64,000 nucleotides of DNA, taken from positions 2,451 to 66,450 of IMG/VR virus record IMGVR_UViG_3300017754_001850; one strand, given 5' to 3'. The notes under the pieces were generated by a model. That model saw only the letters and a program-made list of their open reading frames with translations, did not search any database and had not been told where the DNA came from. The first letter of the stretch is position 1; each line of letters opens with the position of its first letter. Of the stretch, positions 18,297-27,207 are shown one piece after another. The DNA is from a virus. Its lineage: Duplodnaviria; Caudoviricetes. Position numbers and translations under genes: made by a program.

Positions 18297-18484
18297 CGCG
18301 GCGTCACCTCCGCCCAGCCATCCACCCCAACTACCAACTGTGTCACCCCGGCGATCCACTCCCGCTTCGCCTTATCGTCGGGCATGTCGTTGAGGATCGA
18401 CAGATATTGATGGAACGGCTTGTCGCTCGTCACTTGGAACCGGATCTTCGTAATCCGATCCCCCGCTCTGGATACGGTAGTCAT
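18293..18484 (-). CDS. hypothetical protein
   Basis: Coupled ORF. Confidence 0.5.
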   Translation of the reverse strand: MTTVSRAGDRITKIRFQVTSDKPFHQYLSILNDMPDDKAKREWIAGVTQLVVGVDGWAEVTPR

Positions 18485-18624
18485 GCCGTCACCACCAGCC
18501 ATGCCAGCCTGCCGAGCGACAGCACCAGCGCGTAGAGCGAGGCCGTGATAAGCGCAGCCATGAAGCGCGAGTGCCATGCGCCACTGGCGGCGCGTTTTTG
18601 GATGCGGGCTAGGATGGGGTTCAT
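18481..18624 (-). CDS. small membrane protein, 47 aa
   Basis: Translated by hand; C-terminal hydrophobic helix; ATGA overlaps on both sides. Confidence 0.5.
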   Translation of the reverse strand: MNPILARIQKRAASGAWHSRFMAALITASLYALVLSLGRLAWLVVTA

Positions 18625-19229
18625 TTTGTCACCTTATCGATATCCGCCTGCGTCACCACCTGCACCGTCTGATCGATCTCCTCGTGGCGGGTGGCGCAGA
18701 GGTAGGGGTTACACGAAGGCCACGCGGCTCCCCACTGCACCCATTGGACAGATGTCGGGCACCACACCCAGTCAATAGGGTAAGCGGTTCTCGGAGGCTC
18801 CTCCGCCCGGTACCACACCTTCTTCGGGCGCTCGCGGAGGATGAGGCGGTATTCGTTTCCTTTATGTAGGCCACCGCAATCCATGACGCTATTGCCTCCG
18901 ATGTATCGGCTATACTCCCCAACTGTCGGCAATCTCCACTCCCCCGTCCACTCCCACCCAGCCGGGATCGTAACCTCATCCACGCCATACACATCCCGCA
19001 GAGTCGGCGGCTTCGGCTTGCGGCGGTGGAGGATGATGCGGAGTTGACGCGTTAGTTCGTTGTACCGGGCCTCAAAGAGAGTCTTCCCATGGATAGACGA
19101 CACCATCACATCTTTATCTGCCACCCCAAACTCCCACTCCCACTCCCGATCCAACTCCGCTTTATTCCGCTCCCACCACTCCGCGCCGTAGATGTCGGCG
19201 ATGGTGACTGTGCAGGTTTCGTTATTCAT
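18621..19229 (-). CDS. Trp-rich hypothetical protein with internal duplication
   Basis: TIADIYG..WEWEF / TLRDVYG..WEWTG repeats. Confidence 0.6.
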   Translation of the reverse strand: MNNETCTVTIADIYGAEWWERNKAELDREWEWEFGVADKDVMVSSIHGKTLFEARYNELTRQLRIILHRRKPKPPTLRDVYGVDEVTIPAGWEWTGEWRLPTVGEYSRYIGGNSVMDCGGLHKGNEYRLILRERPKKVWYRAEEPPRTAYPIDWVWCPTSVQWVQWGAAWPSCNPYLCATRHEEIDQTVQVVTQADIDKVTK

Positions 19230-19461
19230 ATTCCCTCTCCTCTTTCGTCAAATAAAACCGCATCCTCAGCAGCATCCAGCCTGTCCTCAGATCCGTCCAC
19301 ACCCAGTACCAGATAGCCCGCCACTTGCCGCCATGCACCTCGCGCAACATCCTCCGGCACGGCACCGACAGCATCCGGTCGCGGATACAGTCAGGGAACA
19401 GACCCTCGGCGTCCATGTGCATTGTTTTAAGGAGTGAACTACGCGCACCTTCGATGCTCAT
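19222..19461 (-). CDS. hypothetical protein
   Basis: ORF with SD in the early operon. Confidence 0.5.
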   Translation of the reverse strand: MSIEGARSSLLKTMHMDAEGLFPDCIRDRMLSVPCRRMLREVHGGKWRAIWYWVWTDLRTGWMLLRMRFYLTKEEREYE

Positions 19462-19597
19462 CTTTCCCCTCCCTCTCCAACAGCATCGCCTTAAACACGG
19501 CATGTTCCAGTGTCAGCAGCACGCGCCGGTACTCCTTCGCCAGTGCCGCCTCATTCGCCCGCTGAATGCAGGCAACCAACTCTTCATGTATACTCAT
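19439..19597 (-). CDS. hypothetical protein
   Basis: ORF with SD in the early operon. Confidence 0.5.
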   Translation of the reverse strand: MSIHEELVACIQRANEAALAKEYRRVLLTLEHAVFKAMLLEREGKDEHRRCA

Positions 19598-19781
19598 GGT
19601 GTTCTCTCTTCTTTCCCTCCACCCCGCCGCCTTCAATCTCCTTGGGCGGCGGTGGTGTTTGTAGTATCAAGCACTCCTCCATCAGCCAATCGCACAACCC
19701 ATCCCATGCACCTTTGTTCTTATCTTTACGCCACCTCTTAGCGCATAGCCGTTGCTGTTCCCTGACGTACTCTATCCCCAT
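19584..19781 (-). CDS. hypothetical protein
   Basis: Overlaps the methyltransferase stop. Confidence 0.5.
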   Translation of the reverse strand: MGIEYVREQQRLCAKRWRKDKNKGAWDGLCDWLMEECLILQTPPPPKEIEGGGVEGKKREHHEYT

Positions 19782-20419
19782 AAGCAACTCTGAGCCAGCC
19801 GCTTAACCGCCACCTCGCAATATCTCTCCTCACGCTCGATGCCGATGCACGAGATGCCAGCCTGTTTGCAGGCCACCAGTGTTGTCCCACTACCCATGAA
19901 CGGGTCGAGGACGGTCTTCACCGTGTCAGGCGCTTGCGATAGTGCCCACTTCATGACAGGCACAGGCTTCTGTGTTGGATGGTCGCGGTATTCCTTGTGC
20001 GCCATGTCCTCCTGTAACATCCCCTGCCATCGCCATTTTAATCGGCGTACTGCCTTGGGTAGATTGGTCCACGCCAACTCACAATCAGCAAAGTCTGTCT
20101 CTCCGTTATCCTTGTCCCATACAAGCCAGCACGACGATGGTGGTAATGGGAAGTAGTTCCCGCCAAATACTATCTGGTGAGTTGACATCTCTGTCATAAG
20201 GCCAAATAGCCATGCCGGTGGAGGTTCATTATCCCAAGCAAGGTTGCCAAAATCTTTCGATACCGCCATTTTGCCCCGACTCTTATTCTTCCCCGCCGCC
20301 TCCCCAATCCCATACGGCGGGTCCGTCAGCACCAGATCCACCTTCGGCAGTGTCGGCAGCACCACGCGGCAGTCAGCGTGATAGATGGTTATTAGTCCGT
20401 CGTCGTAATACGGTGTCAC
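19772..20419 (-). CDS. orphan DNA methyltransferase (N6-A/N4-C, beta-class order)
   Basis: TDPPY catalytic motif precedes HPTQKP and DPFMGSGTT SAM-binding motif. Confidence 0.92.
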   Translation of the reverse strand: MTPYYDDGLITIYHADCRVVLPTLPKVDLVLTDPPYGIGEAAGKNKSRGKMAVSKDFGNLAWDNEPPPAWLFGLMTEMSTHQIVFGGNYFPLPPSSCWLVWDKDNGETDFADCELAWTNLPKAVRRLKWRWQGMLQEDMAHKEYRDHPTQKPVPVMKWALSQAPDTVKTVLDPFMGSGTTLVACKQAGISCIGIEREERYCEVAVKRLAQSCLWG

Positions 20420-20601
20420 TTTCCACCTCGGTGTAACGCTATTACCGTGCGCCGCATGGCCTCAAGATCAACAATCATCTGATCCATGCCAACGATAGCG
20501 CCAACAGCGCCGTTATCGGTATCGGCTTCGCACGCGAGCGTTGTCATCTCGGTTAACACAAGCGTGATGCGGTCCATCTCTTTGAGTAGTTGTTTTACCA
20601 T
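20416..20601 (-). CDS. hypothetical protein
   Basis: SD AAGGAG; GTGA overlap. Confidence 0.6.
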   Translation of the reverse strand: MVKQLLKEMDRITLVLTEMTTLACEADTDNGAVGAIVGMDQMIVDLEAMRRTVIALHRGGK

Positions 20602-20634
20602 GTCATCTCCTTTTATCAGCAGCGGCGGTGGTGT

Positions 20635-20778
20635 TTAGAGGGTGAGCGTTAAGCGCTTTATCTCGTCAACTCTATCCACCACATCCTGCTTCCACACCAC
20701 TCCTGTCTCCCTCATCTCCGTCGTCAGCAGCTTCAACTCCAGCGCCAACTCGTCGAGCTTGCGTAGTGTTTCTTCCAT
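20635..20778 (-). CDS. hypothetical coiled-coil protein
   Basis: TGATG coupling. Confidence 0.5.
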   Translation of the reverse strand: MEETLRKLDELALELKLLTTEMRETGVVWKQDVVDRVDEIKRLTLTL

Positions 20779-20939
20779 CACCACACCCCCAGCGCGTGCA
20801 GGATAGTGCCGACGCCGAGAGTCACGCACGCTACCAACGCGATCCACCGCTTGTCCTCATCCACCCACTCGTCAGCCCAGATGATCGCCCCGATAGCGGC
20901 GACCAGTAGGCCGGTTAGGACTGTGCAGGTTGCTCCCAT
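20778..20939 (-). CDS. two-TM small membrane protein, 53 aa
   Basis: MGATCTVLTGLLVAAIGAIIWADEWVDEDKRWIALVACVTLGVGTILHALGVW. Confidence 0.6.
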   Translation of the reverse strand: MGATCTVLTGLLVAAIGAIIWADEWVDEDKRWIALVACVTLGVGTILHALGVW

Positions 20940-21136
20940 TCTTCTCTCCTCTTAAACCGTTTCTCTGCCTTCACAAACACCCGCGTAGCCTTGACGTAGT
21001 ACGAGCGGACGATGCCAGCCTTTTCCAGCCGGACCAGCGTAGTGTGTACGTTGGTGGGCACCTTGCCGACGAGCCGCGCCACTGCTGACGCCGTTGCCGG
21101 TAGGTGCGCCACGATCTCAGCTTGCTTCTGTGTCAT
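20915..21136 (-). CDS. winged-HTH protein
   Basis: TASAVARLVG...NVHTTLVRLEKAGIVRS. Confidence 0.7.
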   Translation of the reverse strand: MTQKQAEIVAHLPATASAVARLVGKVPTNVHTTLVRLEKAGIVRSYYVKATRVFVKAEKRFKRREEWEQPAQS

Positions 21137-21145
21137 CCTACACAA

Positions 21146-21352
21146 TCATACACCCTTTCCACTATTCCGCAACCGATATCTCGACACCACCCTCGACCCA
21201 TTCCGCTCGAACCCCTCCTCGATCACCCCCTGATCCCGACCCCAGTTTAATCCCCGCTGCACGTTGCCCGACGTGATGCCAGAGGACGCTATTAGCGCCC
21301 TCCGGCTTACCCAGTCGGTGCCGATATACGGGGCGATGTCATCCCAGTGCAT
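21146..21352 (-). CDS. winged-HTH-like protein
   Basis: VSRRALIASSGITSGNVQRGLNWGRDQGVIEE. Confidence 0.55.
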   Translation of the reverse strand: MHWDDIAPYIGTDWVSRRALIASSGITSGNVQRGLNWGRDQGVIEEGFERNGSRVVSRYRLRNSGKGV

Positions 21353-21363
21353 ACGGCTACTCG

Positions 21364-21426
21364 TCACTTCGCCAACCTCCACAACAGCGACAGGCACAGC
21401 ACCCAAACGATCAGGCCGATCAGCAT
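21364..21426 (-). CDS. single-TM micro-peptide, 20 aa
   Basis: MLIGLIVWVLCLSLLWRLAK, overlapping the upstream stop. Confidence 0.4.
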   Translation of the reverse strand: MLIGLIVWVLCLSLLWRLAK

Positions 21427-21629
21427 GACGCCCCCGGCAACTGCTGCAACATTGCGTGACGCGCAGCCCTGGCGACACGATCGCGGAGCAGCTTCTCCGC
21501 CAGCGCATCCAAGGCGTGCTCGACCGCGACCGCCTCGGCGATCACATACGACGACCGTGTTTCCTCGAACTTGCGGATCAGGTAGGCGTGGCGTTCTTCA
21601 AGAACGGCCATGCTTTTTGCGGTGCTCAT
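21420..21629 (-). CDS. hypothetical protein
   Basis: ATGA coupling. Confidence 0.55.
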   Translation of the reverse strand: MSTAKSMAVLEERHAYLIRKFEETRSSYVIAEAVAVEHALDALAEKLLRDRVARAARHAMLQQLPGASC

Positions 21630-21697
21630 GCTTTTCTCCTCTGCCACGCTTGGAACGCGCCTAGCGCGGCGATCAAACCCAGTAATAAATACGTCAT
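21626..21697 (-). CDS. single-TM micro-peptide, 23 aa
   Basis: MTYLLLGLIAALGAFQAWQRRKA after a purine-rich SD. Confidence 0.45.
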   Translation of the reverse strand: MTYLLLGLIAALGAFQAWQRRKA

Positions 21698-21796
21698 CCT
21701 TCTCTCCCTCTCAGGCGTTCTACGCCACCTCTGCCCCCTCTCACACTCGAACGGAAGAGGCATAGGCGGCGGGGCTGTTGAAAGCCCCAGCCCCAG

Positions 21797-22450
21797 CTAC
21801 GAATGGTAGTCCACCGTCACGCACAACCAATCATCGGTCGGCGTCACCTCAGCCTTGTACTCCTCCCGATAACCCTCCAGCTTCTTCGCGTGGATCTCCA
21901 GCGCCGACGACACCAGCCCATCCCACTTCGTATCAACGTGGGTGACGCCGTTCCACATATACTGGTGGATCATAAACTCAGCCTCCAGCGTGTCGCCTTT
22001 ATACGCCTTCTTCGCCACGATCACGGCGAACGCCGTCAAGTCCTTCGCTACATTCCCCAGCCGCGTCACATCAGGAGGATGTAAGCTGTCCTCGTATTGG
22101 TCATGGTAGTGCGAGAACAGCGGGCAAACCGTCAACCCGGACTCCGGGAACATCTCCGCCCACTTCGCGTCAACCTTTGGCGATTGTGTGTTCGGCCTCA
22201 ACTCCTGCTTCCCGCATTGTAGTCCGCTCACAGTGACGCCTTCCTCCTTCAGCCATGCGTAGAAGGCCTCCTCCTTCGTCTCGTCATAGTTCAGCTTCGC
22301 CCCGGCGAAGCGGCCACCTATGACGTACCAGTCCCAGAACGAGTCGCTAGCGTCCTCCGCTCCCTCATTGAACGGCTTCATGATCTGCTCGACCGCTGCC
22401 TTTACATCCTCAACAGGCGGCATGATGATCTCTAAGTGGTAGTGTGACAT
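21797..22450 (-). CDS. hypothetical phage protein (WDWYVIGGR motif)
   Basis: 217 aa; SD AAGGAG. Confidence 0.75.
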   Translation of the reverse strand: MSHYHLEIIMPPVEDVKAAVEQIMKPFNEGAEDASDSFWDWYVIGGRFAGAKLNYDETKEEAFYAWLKEEGVTVSGLQCGKQELRPNTQSPKVDAKWAEMFPESGLTVCPLFSHYHDQYEDSLHPPDVTRLGNVAKDLTAFAVIVAKKAYKGDTLEAEFMIHQYMWNGVTHVDTKWDGLVSSALEIHAKKLEGYREEYKAEVTPTDDWLCVTVDYHS

Positions 22451-22468
22451 CTCTCTCCTTTTTCGCTT

Positions 22469-22548
22469 CCTAGACCCACCTCGATGGGCCTAAGCAGCGG
22501 CACTAGTTTGACGGCTAGTGCGTACTGCTGAATCTAGCTAAAGCGCTT
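22469..22548 (-). repeat. early-operon intergenic hairpin element E5
   Basis: CTAGA...TCTAG-closed multi-stem structure; GCACTAG/CTAGTGC core; precedes an SD. Confidence 0.55.
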
Positions 22549-23042
22549 CGCTGTGTCGTCTAGGCGTCCCTCCTTTGGCGTAATGTTAACAACTCCCTCA
22601 CCGCCGCCGCAGCCTCGCCCCAATCAGGCGACATACGGTCATCGCCTAGCGCGGCCAGCGCCAACTTATCCCTGTCGGCGATGGCAAGGCGGAGGAGGTA
22701 GGACAGGGTGGCGGGGGTCATGGCCGGCACCCCTGTTTACCTGCGCCCTCAGTGTTTACAAACCTCATAGCCTCTTCCCAAGTGGAGAATTGGTAGACGT
22801 TCAGTTTTCCTGGGAGCATAGCAAGCCATGGGCCGACTTTAACTCGTGCGTATTTGTTGTATTTCCAGATATGGCACTTCGTGGACTTCATCTCTCACCC
22901 CTAGCTAATATCTCTGCCCCATCACTGCATATCCGCGAGTTTGGCGCTATTGCCTTGCGGCCACAGAAACGGCACACGCCACGCGGTAAACCTTTCCTGT
23001 CCGTAGGAGTGTCTAACCGAGGTGCGCAAGTAGACTGCTTCT

Positions 23043-23258
23043 TCATTTACTCCCCCTTTTCACCTTTTTAGCCGCATCCAACTCCCGCCGCATCATCTTA
23101 CCGCCGAGGTGGAAAACTGCCTCCAACGGCACGCTATACCCGCTTCGCTTCCCCTTCTGCCGGAGCGTGATGGAGTAGCGGCTCAACTCCACCATCAAAA
23201 CCCGTCCTTGGACTTGCGATCTAGTCTCTCGTTTCACCGGCCTTGAAATCTGAGTCAT
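23043..23258 (-). CDS. hypothetical basic protein
   Basis: ATG 23258. Confidence 0.6.
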   Translation of the reverse strand: MTQISRPVKRETRSQVQGRVLMVELSRYSITLRQKGKRSGYSVPLEAVFHLGGKMMRRELDAAKKVKRGSK

Positions 23259-23952
23259 CTTTTTCTTTCTCCTTTTCGGTAAATCTTCTAAACTGCCCAT
23301 GTCTGATCCTGTGATGAAAACGGCACAGCCAGATCACGTCTAATGGCTTGCTGTAATCCTCGTGGTGTCCTTCACTTTTCAGGTTCCCGCACTCTTCGCA
23401 CGGTTCCCTTTTTACCTTCCCTAACTTAACCGCTGAGTCGAAAATTCTCTTCGCTTTGTATTTCTCTGGGTGGTTTCGTTTACGGTTTTCATTAGCCACC
23501 CGTCGCGCTCTTTTACCCGCTTCTGTTTTATCGTAAGCAGCCTTCTTTTTTACTATCTCTTCGTTGTTGGACAGGTAGTAGTTTAAGTGATACTCCTTTA
23601 CAACCTCGATATTCCTGGCCCTGTCAGTAGCGTCTCTTTTCATCCGGCATTCACGGCACATGGAATCTATACCGCTAACGCAATTGGCAATAAAATTAAA
23701 CGCTTTATTGGGTAGTTCTTTGAGGCATGAAGCGCACCTAAACAAGTTTGTTGATTGGCGAAACTCCGCTCTCGTCTTCACCCATCTAGCTTTTACGGAA
23801 TCCCTGTAGTTGGACCTACTTATTGATCGGCATTCCCGACACCTAGTTTCCAATCTGTCTCTGTTCGTCTTGTGTTTAGAAAAACCGCTTAGCGGCTTAA
23901 TGGCTCCGCATTCACTGCAAGGTTTACTGGCGATAGATGGATCACTATACAT
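23221..23952 (-). CDS. HNH-like endonuclease with tandem zinc ribbons
   Basis: CSECG..KPLSGF, CASC.KELP, CEECG...HHEDYSKPLDVIWLC..HH; AT-rich. Confidence 0.8.
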   Translation of the reverse strand: MYSDPSIASKPCSECGAIKPLSGFSKHKTNRDRLETRCRECRSISRSNYRDSVKARWVKTRAEFRQSTNLFRCASCLKELPNKAFNFIANCVSGIDSMCRECRMKRDATDRARNIEVVKEYHLNYYLSNNEEIVKKKAAYDKTEAGKRARRVANENRKRNHPEKYKAKRIFDSAVKLGKVKREPCEECGNLKSEGHHEDYSKPLDVIWLCRFHHRIRHGQFRRFTEKEKEKDDSDFKAGETRD

Positions 23953-24172
23953 GGCCAAACACTCCATCGCATTTATGCTTTGCTGGTCTGGTTTTTATTG
24001 GGTATTGGCCGCAATCGCAATATTGCAGCGACTTTGGCCTACCCCCATTCCTCCCGCCGCTATATTTAGCCCTTTTTTCACTGTGAATAGTAGCGGCAAT
24101 CGAGAGCAGTTCCTTCTCTGACCTTATTGCGAGTGGGTATTGAGGCATGGCTTTTTCTTTCTTGATGCTCAT
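23945..24172 (-). CDS. small DNA-binding protein (GGRPK AT-hook-like plus Cys/His cluster)
   Basis: GGRNGGRPKSLQYCDCG...HKC. Confidence 0.6.
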   Translation of the reverse strand: MSIKKEKAMPQYPLAIRSEKELLSIAATIHSEKRAKYSGGRNGGRPKSLQYCDCGQYPIKTRPAKHKCDGVFGHV

Positions 24173-24179
24173 GCCTTAT

Positions 24180-24208
24180 ACTTTAATCCAACTGCTGGAT
24201 TAAATCAA
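24180..24208 (-). promoter_or_regulatory. sigma70-type promoter with a perfect 9-bp inverted-repeat operator; leaderless
   Basis: TTGATT-17nt-TAAAGT; TTTAATCCA-N5-TGGATTAAA; ATG 7 nt downstream. Confidence 0.7.
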
Positions 24209-24247
24209 CTGCGGATGTTTCCCGGCGAACGCTGCTGGTTAGGCGGG

Positions 24248-24502
24248 TCATGCGGTGGCCTCGCTGATCGCAGCACCGATGGCGTCCTGGAGCTTCTTTG
24301 CGTCTTCCAACGTCAACCGTAGCATCGCCGGTGTCGTCCGTGCGCCACGCTTGGAGTAGATGTCAATGTTGACCAGTGCGGGCTCAGGGAAGTCCCCCTT
24401 GCGCTCACTGTACCCATTTACGAATGCCTCGGCCGGGGTGAAATACCCGTTTCGGCCTCGCGCTTTACTGTTTGTGTGCTTGCTGAACTCAACTATCATC
24501 AC
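24248..24502 (-). CDS. hypothetical protein
   Basis: GTG start after a purine-rich SD. Confidence 0.6.
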   Translation of the reverse strand: MMIVEFSKHTNSKARGRNGYFTPAEAFVNGYSERKGDFPEPALVNIDIYSKRGARTTPAMLRLTLEDAKKLQDAIGAAISEATA

Positions 24503-24522
24503 AGTCTCCCTTCCTTTCCATC

Positions 24523-24580
24523 GAGCGGAATCCCACCCCCTAAGCGGCCCCAGTGGAGCCGCCAGGGGAAAGGACTCTAG
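24523..24580 (-). repeat. early-operon intergenic hairpin element E2
   Basis: Long stem; shares AGTCCT and GGGATTCCGCTC with E1. Confidence 0.65.
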
Positions 24581-24831
24581 CCCTTCGCCTTAGCGATGGC
24601 CTCGCGGGCTTCGTCCATGGCTGGTGACCGTGGGTCCACCGCACACGCTACCACCCGCTCCAGCGCCGCCAACAACTCCGGCGCAGCGGTGAGCAGGTTA
24701 GCCTCCTGTTCGGTCGCGCCAACGGTCACCGCCACCGCTACGTGGTTACCGCCCTCGCCAATACACCAGCACCCATTTTCCTCGCCGTCGTCATCGAAGT
24801 CGGCCCATTTGATCCACTTATTCGCGTCCAT
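24577..24831 (-). CDS. hypothetical protein (AAPELL...AIAKAKG family)
   Basis: Recurrent phage motif. Confidence 0.7.
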   Translation of the reverse strand: MDANKWIKWADFDDDGEENGCWCIGEGGNHVAVAVTVGATEQEANLLTAAPELLAALERVVACAVDPRSPAMDEAREAIAKAKG

Positions 24832-25199
24832 TATTGATCTCCCTTCGCCTTCGCAATAGCCTTCACGGCCTTCTCATACGTGATTGCCAGATCCGGCCAC
24901 TCGACGCGCAGCATCTCCAACGCATCGCCGTGCGGGAACTCGTCGCCGTGCTGGTAGGAGGTTTCGACGTCTTCGACGAACTCCTCCAGAACGGCCAGCA
25001 GGTCAGGCGCGGCCCGCCGCACACGTTCCGCTGTTTGCTCCTCCGGCGTCTCATCGGCGAAGCATACGCCGCCGCACTCAGGGCACTCTCCATCGGGCAT
25101 CGTGTCACCTGGTTGGACGCGCTCAAAAACATCATTGATCGGTAGCAAGCTGGCTTCGGCCCAGTCAGTACCACAGTTTTGGCAAATATAGCCTTCCAT
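24831..25199 (-). CDS. zinc-ribbon protein with AAPDLL...AIAKAKG tail
   Basis: CQNCG...CPECG plus a tail paralogous to the neighbouring gene. Confidence 0.7.
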   Translation of the reverse strand: MEGYICQNCGTDWAEASLLPINDVFERVQPGDTMPDGECPECGGVCFADETPEEQTAERVRRAAPDLLAVLEEFVEDVETSYQHGDEFPHGDALEMLRVEWPDLAITYEKAVKAIAKAKGDQ

Positions 25200-25225
25200 A
25201 TTTATCCCTTCCTTCCCGTCCGACT

Positions 25226-25284
25226 CTAAGCCGTCCGCCCATACCCTCTGTCACAGGGTATGGAATGGGGCCTAGCGGCGCTTA
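25226..25284 (-). repeat. early-operon intergenic hairpin element E3
   Basis: CCATACCCT/AGGGTATGG stem; 21/23 nt identical to E4. Confidence 0.65.
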
Positions 25285-25339
25285 TCTACCGACATCACCA
25301 CCAGCACCACCAGGAGTAGCACCGCGCAGTATGCCGCCG

Positions 25340-25603
25340 TCATGCGCCCAACCTCTCAAACAATCGAGGATGTATCGCCCGCGCTTCCTTCTCGCTTATG
25401 CGTTTGCACTGGCGAAGATAGCCCGCATCGCACGAGGTGCCAGCAACGGGAGAGTTTGGGTACTCGTAAACCGCCCCCAAACCCTCCCAGCCGCTACGCC
25501 CCCGGCTATCGGCAATACACGCCGCAAAGACATTGCCGTTATGCTCACCCTTACGGCGTTTAGCCGGGGTGTCGTGTTCGAGGTAGAAACGGACGTGTTT
25601 CAT
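25340..25603 (-). CDS. hypothetical protein
   Basis: ATGA coupling. Confidence 0.6.
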   Translation of the reverse strand: MKHVRFYLEHDTPAKRRKGEHNGNVFAACIADSRGRSGWEGLGAVYEYPNSPVAGTSCDAGYLRQCKRISEKEARAIHPRLFERLGA

Positions 25604-25800
25604 CGCGTCACCGCCCACCGCTTAACCTCTCCGACGTTCTTCCATCCGGGGTAGCTCCACCCCCACACCGCACGGCTTGAGACAACCTCCCAAACCGTGT
25701 ACAACTCGTTGCGCTGGCTTGGCATGATATCGCGGGGATCAGCGTATAGCGTGGCGAAAAACTCGTCTTTCGTGACTTCGCGCATGTTGGCGGGGATCAT
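25600..25800 (-). CDS. hypothetical protein
   Basis: Coupled ORF. Confidence 0.6.
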   Translation of the reverse strand: MIPANMREVTKDEFFATLYADPRDIMPSQRNELYTVWEVVSSRAVWGWSYPGWKNVGEVKRWAVTR

Positions 25801-26147
25801 ACCGCAACCCCCGATAAAAACGCGCCTAGCCCCGCCGCCGTCAAGCGCTGCATCATATCGTCGCCATATCCGGGATCAATCCCGATAAAACGGTGGCCCT
25901 GTTGATCGTTCCACGTCTTAATCTTAGCCACCAGAGAGACAAGTTCCTCATCCGTCTCAGCCGTCTGGACCGTTACGTCACCTTCGCAGTAGTTCGCAAT
26001 TTTGCGCTCTGTCGGGTTGATCCACGTGCCGAAGTAAGAGGCGTCTTGGCTGGTGTCGAGTTGCGCCCAGCCTTTCGCATAGGTGCACAATTTGAAGTCG
26101 AACTGGTAGCGGTCGCCAGGTTCAAAAAGTCTTGTGGTGGTAATCAT
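25797..26147 (-). CDS. hypothetical protein
   Basis: Coupled 116 aa ORF. Confidence 0.65.
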   Translation of the reverse strand: MITTTRLFEPGDRYQFDFKLCTYAKGWAQLDTSQDASYFGTWINPTERKIANYCEGDVTVQTAETDEELVSLVAKIKTWNDQQGHRFIGIDPGYGDDMMQRLTAAGLGAFLSGVAV

Positions 26148-26304
26148 TTCGGTACATCCCCTTTCAGTACAATCCGTTCAATGCAGGCAATTAGCCCGTC
26201 TTGCGTCTTAGTTCCCCAGCCTGTCTGCACGCGGTCGCGGTGTTCTTTGTCGCGCCGCATGGAGGACCATAAAAGATCGATAAGCGCTTGCTTTTGTTCG
26301 GGTG

Positions 26305-26505
26305 TCATTTTGATGCCCCCACAATCGCCCAGCGTGTCCCGCCGTCGATTATCGTTAGCCGTTCGCCCTCTTTAGCCGTGGGCCGTCCAATGTGGACCTG
26401 GCCCTCCGCTATCTTGCGATCCACTGAGGCGTGATTATCGCCGTATGGCTTGTAATAGCGGTAGGCCGCTTGCAAGCTGGTAAAATATGAGGTGCCGAGT
26501 TTCAT
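26305..26505 (-). CDS. hypothetical protein
   Basis: Coupled ORF. Confidence 0.6.
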   Translation of the reverse strand: MKLGTSYFTSLQAAYRYYKPYGDNHASVDRKIAEGQVHIGRPTAKEGERLTIIDGGTRWAIVGASK

Positions 26506-26765
26506 AGCGTCACCCCTGAAACAGTCTTCGGGTCTTTGTCGTTAGCGCAATCCGTGCAGTAGAACGTGCCCGCTGGCGCGTCCAAATCCGCCCATGCGCG
26601 TTGATAGTTGGTTCGGTTTGTCCCACCATCAAAAAACGGCCCAGTAACGGTAAGCTCGGTTTGCGCTGGCGCGTGGCACTTGCGGTTACATTCGACGCAT
26701 AGCATGATAACCGTGTTTGTGGCGTGTGAATCGACTTTTACGATACGCATTTCCCTCTCCTTCAT
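26502..26765 (-). CDS. hypothetical zinc-binding protein
   Basis: CVEC...CTDC. Confidence 0.6.
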   Translation of the reverse strand: MKEREMRIVKVDSHATNTVIMLCVECNRKCHAPAQTELTVTGPFFDGGTNRTNYQRAWADLDAPAGTFYCTDCANDKDPKTVSGVTL

Positions 26766-26774
26766 TGAGCTAAT

Positions 26775-26833
26775 CCTAGCTCCCCTAAGCCACTGCGTTG
26801 CAATGAATTAGGAATGTGGACTAGCGGCGCTTA
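26775..26833 (-). repeat. early-operon intergenic hairpin element E4
   Basis: Shares TAAGCGCCGCTAG..C.CATTCC with E3. Confidence 0.65.
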
Positions 26834-26851
26834 AAATACACATCCACACAT

Positions 26852-27085
26852 TTACCGCTCCATGCGGTCAAACGTCCATCGACCTCGCACGCCTTGATCT
26901 TTCCGCGCCACGTCCATCATTTGCGCCGGAGTGGGCATACCTAAGCCCCATTTCAGATCAACGCGCATATACAGTTCATCCCCTTGGGGGAGGAAGCACA
27001 CCACGCGGTCATGCTTCCCATGCGCCGTCACTACTGATTTGTGATCCGGCGTCAATACGTTCAAGTGTCCGTTACCTTGCAGCAT
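26852..27085 (-). CDS. hypothetical protein
   Basis: SD GGAGG. Confidence 0.55.
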   Translation of the reverse strand: MLQGNGHLNVLTPDHKSVVTAHGKHDRVVCFLPQGDELYMRVDLKWGLGMPTPAQMMDVARKDQGVRGRWTFDRMER

Positions 27086-27207
27086 TCTTGGCCTCCCTTA
27101 TCATCTCTTTCATCCCCGCCAGCGTATCCGCCGCGCCTACGCCGATACAGTACCAGCGCAAACGATAACCAGGTCCGGTGTTGCGGTGGATTATGTGGCC
27201 CATGTAG

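Noticed and set aside
8705-18310. Repeated CACCTCC(GCCG) sequences as a DNA repeat family
   Set aside because: Most copies are the SD GGAGGTG of coupled genes, or encode a common RAAEV peptide motif.
19645-20635. 15-bp direct repeat GCGGCGGTGGTGTTT
   Set aside because: Only two copies, low complexity, one encoding a Pro run. No associated structure.
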